Shown: positions 62,926 through 64,000 of the stretch, piece after piece
How the letters are laid out: each line of letters opens with the position of its first letter
Numbering within the stretch: the stretch's first letter is position 1
Assembly: GCA_963702845.1 (NCBI GenBank)
Contig: OY969763.1
Coordinates: forward strand, 224,001 to 288,000
Source of the DNA: an uncultured Verrucomicrobiae bacterium
GTDB lineage: Bacteria; Verrucomicrobiota; Verrucomicrobiia; Limisphaerales; Palsa-1400
DNA length: 64,000 nucleotides
Reading direction: 5' to 3'
Program-made: the position numbers and the translations under genes
Notes under the pieces: generated by a model
Told to the model about the DNA's origin: nothing
Database searches by the model: none
What the model saw: only the letters and a program-made list of their open reading frames with translations

Positions 62926-63996
62926 GTGACTACGGTTCAAATTCAAACGAGCAAGCGGATGCTCAAGTTGGTCAATCCGCTGGAGGATGCGGATTGGGAT
63001 GCGCGATTATTGTCGCATCCGGGTTATTCTTTTTTTCACAGCTCGGCATGGGCGCGGGTGATGTGGCAGACATACGGATACGAGCCGGTGTATTTGACAG
63101 TTAACGATGGTGACCGATTATTGGCCTCAATGCCGTTGATGGAAGCAACGAGCTGGTTGAAGGGACGTCGCGGGATTTCACTGCCGTTCACCGATTTTTG
63201 CGAATTCCTCGATGAACAAAGTTTGGTGGAAAGCACGCTGTTGCCCGAAGCAATCGCATTGGGCGGGAGGCGCAGGTGGAAGTATCTGGAATTTCGTGGC
63301 AATCGCAATCACTTCGCCAACGCGAACGTTTGGAGTCAATACCTCTCACATGAGTTAAACTTGTCGCCGGACACGGACCGGATGTTTGAGAATTGTGAAT
63401 CAGGGGTGCGCCGCGCGATCCGCAAGGCCGAGCGTGAAGGTGTGAAGGTCGAAATCGTGCGGACGGCTGAAGGCATGGGTGAGTTTTATAAGCTGCATTG
63501 CTACACGCGCCAGAAACATGGGTTGCCGCCGCAGTCGTTCACGTTTTTCGAGAACATTCACAAATACATTATTTCGCAATCACTCGGATTTATTTGTCTC
63601 GCTAAATACCAGGGGCGAGTGGTTGCGGGTGCGATCTTTTTGAATCTTGGGACACGCGCTATTTATAAGTACGGCGCATCGGACCTGCGTTATCAGGCAT
63701 TGCGCGGAAATAATCTGGTGATTTGGGAAGCAATCAAATGGTGCGGGGCACATGGACACAAAACTTTGCATTTCGGACGGACGGATTTGCATGCAGAAGG
63801 TTTGCGCCGATTCAAGTGCGGTTGGGGCGCGACAGAGCACACAATTGAATATTTTAGCGTTACGATTTCCGCAACGAACGCTTTTCTGCAAAAAGGCACG
63901 CAACAGGAGACAACGTGGGCCAACCGGATATTTCAGAAGCTGCCGGTTGGGGCTGGACGGTTAATCGGGAAACTCGCGTATCGCCACATGGCGTAA
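62926..63996 (+). CDS. FemAB-like GNAT protein of exopolysaccharide clusters
   Basis: ISLPFTDFC, RRAIRKA, HGLPPQ, FGRTD...GLRRFK.GWG. Confidence 0.85.
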   Translation: MTTVQIQTSKRMLKLVNPLEDADWDARLLSHPGYSFFHSSAWARVMWQTYGYEPVYLTVNDGDRLLASMPLMEATSWLKGRRGISLPFTDFCEFLDEQSLVESTLLPEAIALGGRRRWKYLEFRGNRNHFANANVWSQYLSHELNLSPDTDRMFENCESGVRRAIRKAEREGVKVEIVRTAEGMGEFYKLHCYTRQKHGLPPQSFTFFENIHKYIISQSLGFICLAKYQGRVVAGAIFLNLGTRAIYKYGASDLRYQALRGNNLVIWEAIKWCGAHGHKTLHFGRTDLHAEGLRRFKCGWGATEHTIEYFSVTISATNAFLQKGTQQETTWANRIFQKLPVGAGRLIGKLAYRHMA

Positions 63997-64000
63997 CGCC

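Overview
GC-rich bacterial chromosome segment. The gene repertoire points to a Verrucomicrobia (Pedosphaera/subdivision-3-like) genome: ECF sigma-TIGR03435 fusion, prepilin/H-X9-DG protein, autotransporter-repeat/PA14 surface protein, DUF5069. This assignment is inferred from family content only. Many genes, including essential ones (fabD, infA), are split by small indels, most likely long-read errors. Ordinary content: lysS-like synthetase, fabD, PpiC foldase, serA, ogt/ada-alkA, infA, RRM protein, rnhA, icd-SDR-LarA operon, PhoH2, rhamnose genes, ABC exporter, two GH42-like hydrolases, HpnN-like RND pump, a PAS kinase/receiver pair and the start of a NusG-paralog-led polysaccharide cluster. 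Most unusual signals: (1) two loci (about 12.0-12.5 kb and 49.3-49.6 kb) built of A/T-tract + 10-bp-period repeat blocks that share a homologous module; one copy overlaps the stop codon of a solitary Mu-gp27/DUF3486-like helical protein; (2) a decayed integrase-less cassette array (50.6-52.6 kb) with attC-like sites; (3) a LysRS2 with apparently altered lysine-pocket residues and a C-terminal extension, coupled to an acyltransferase; (4) a shared C-terminal domain on three unrelated secreted proteins; (5) an inverted operator pair between ogt and ada-alkA.
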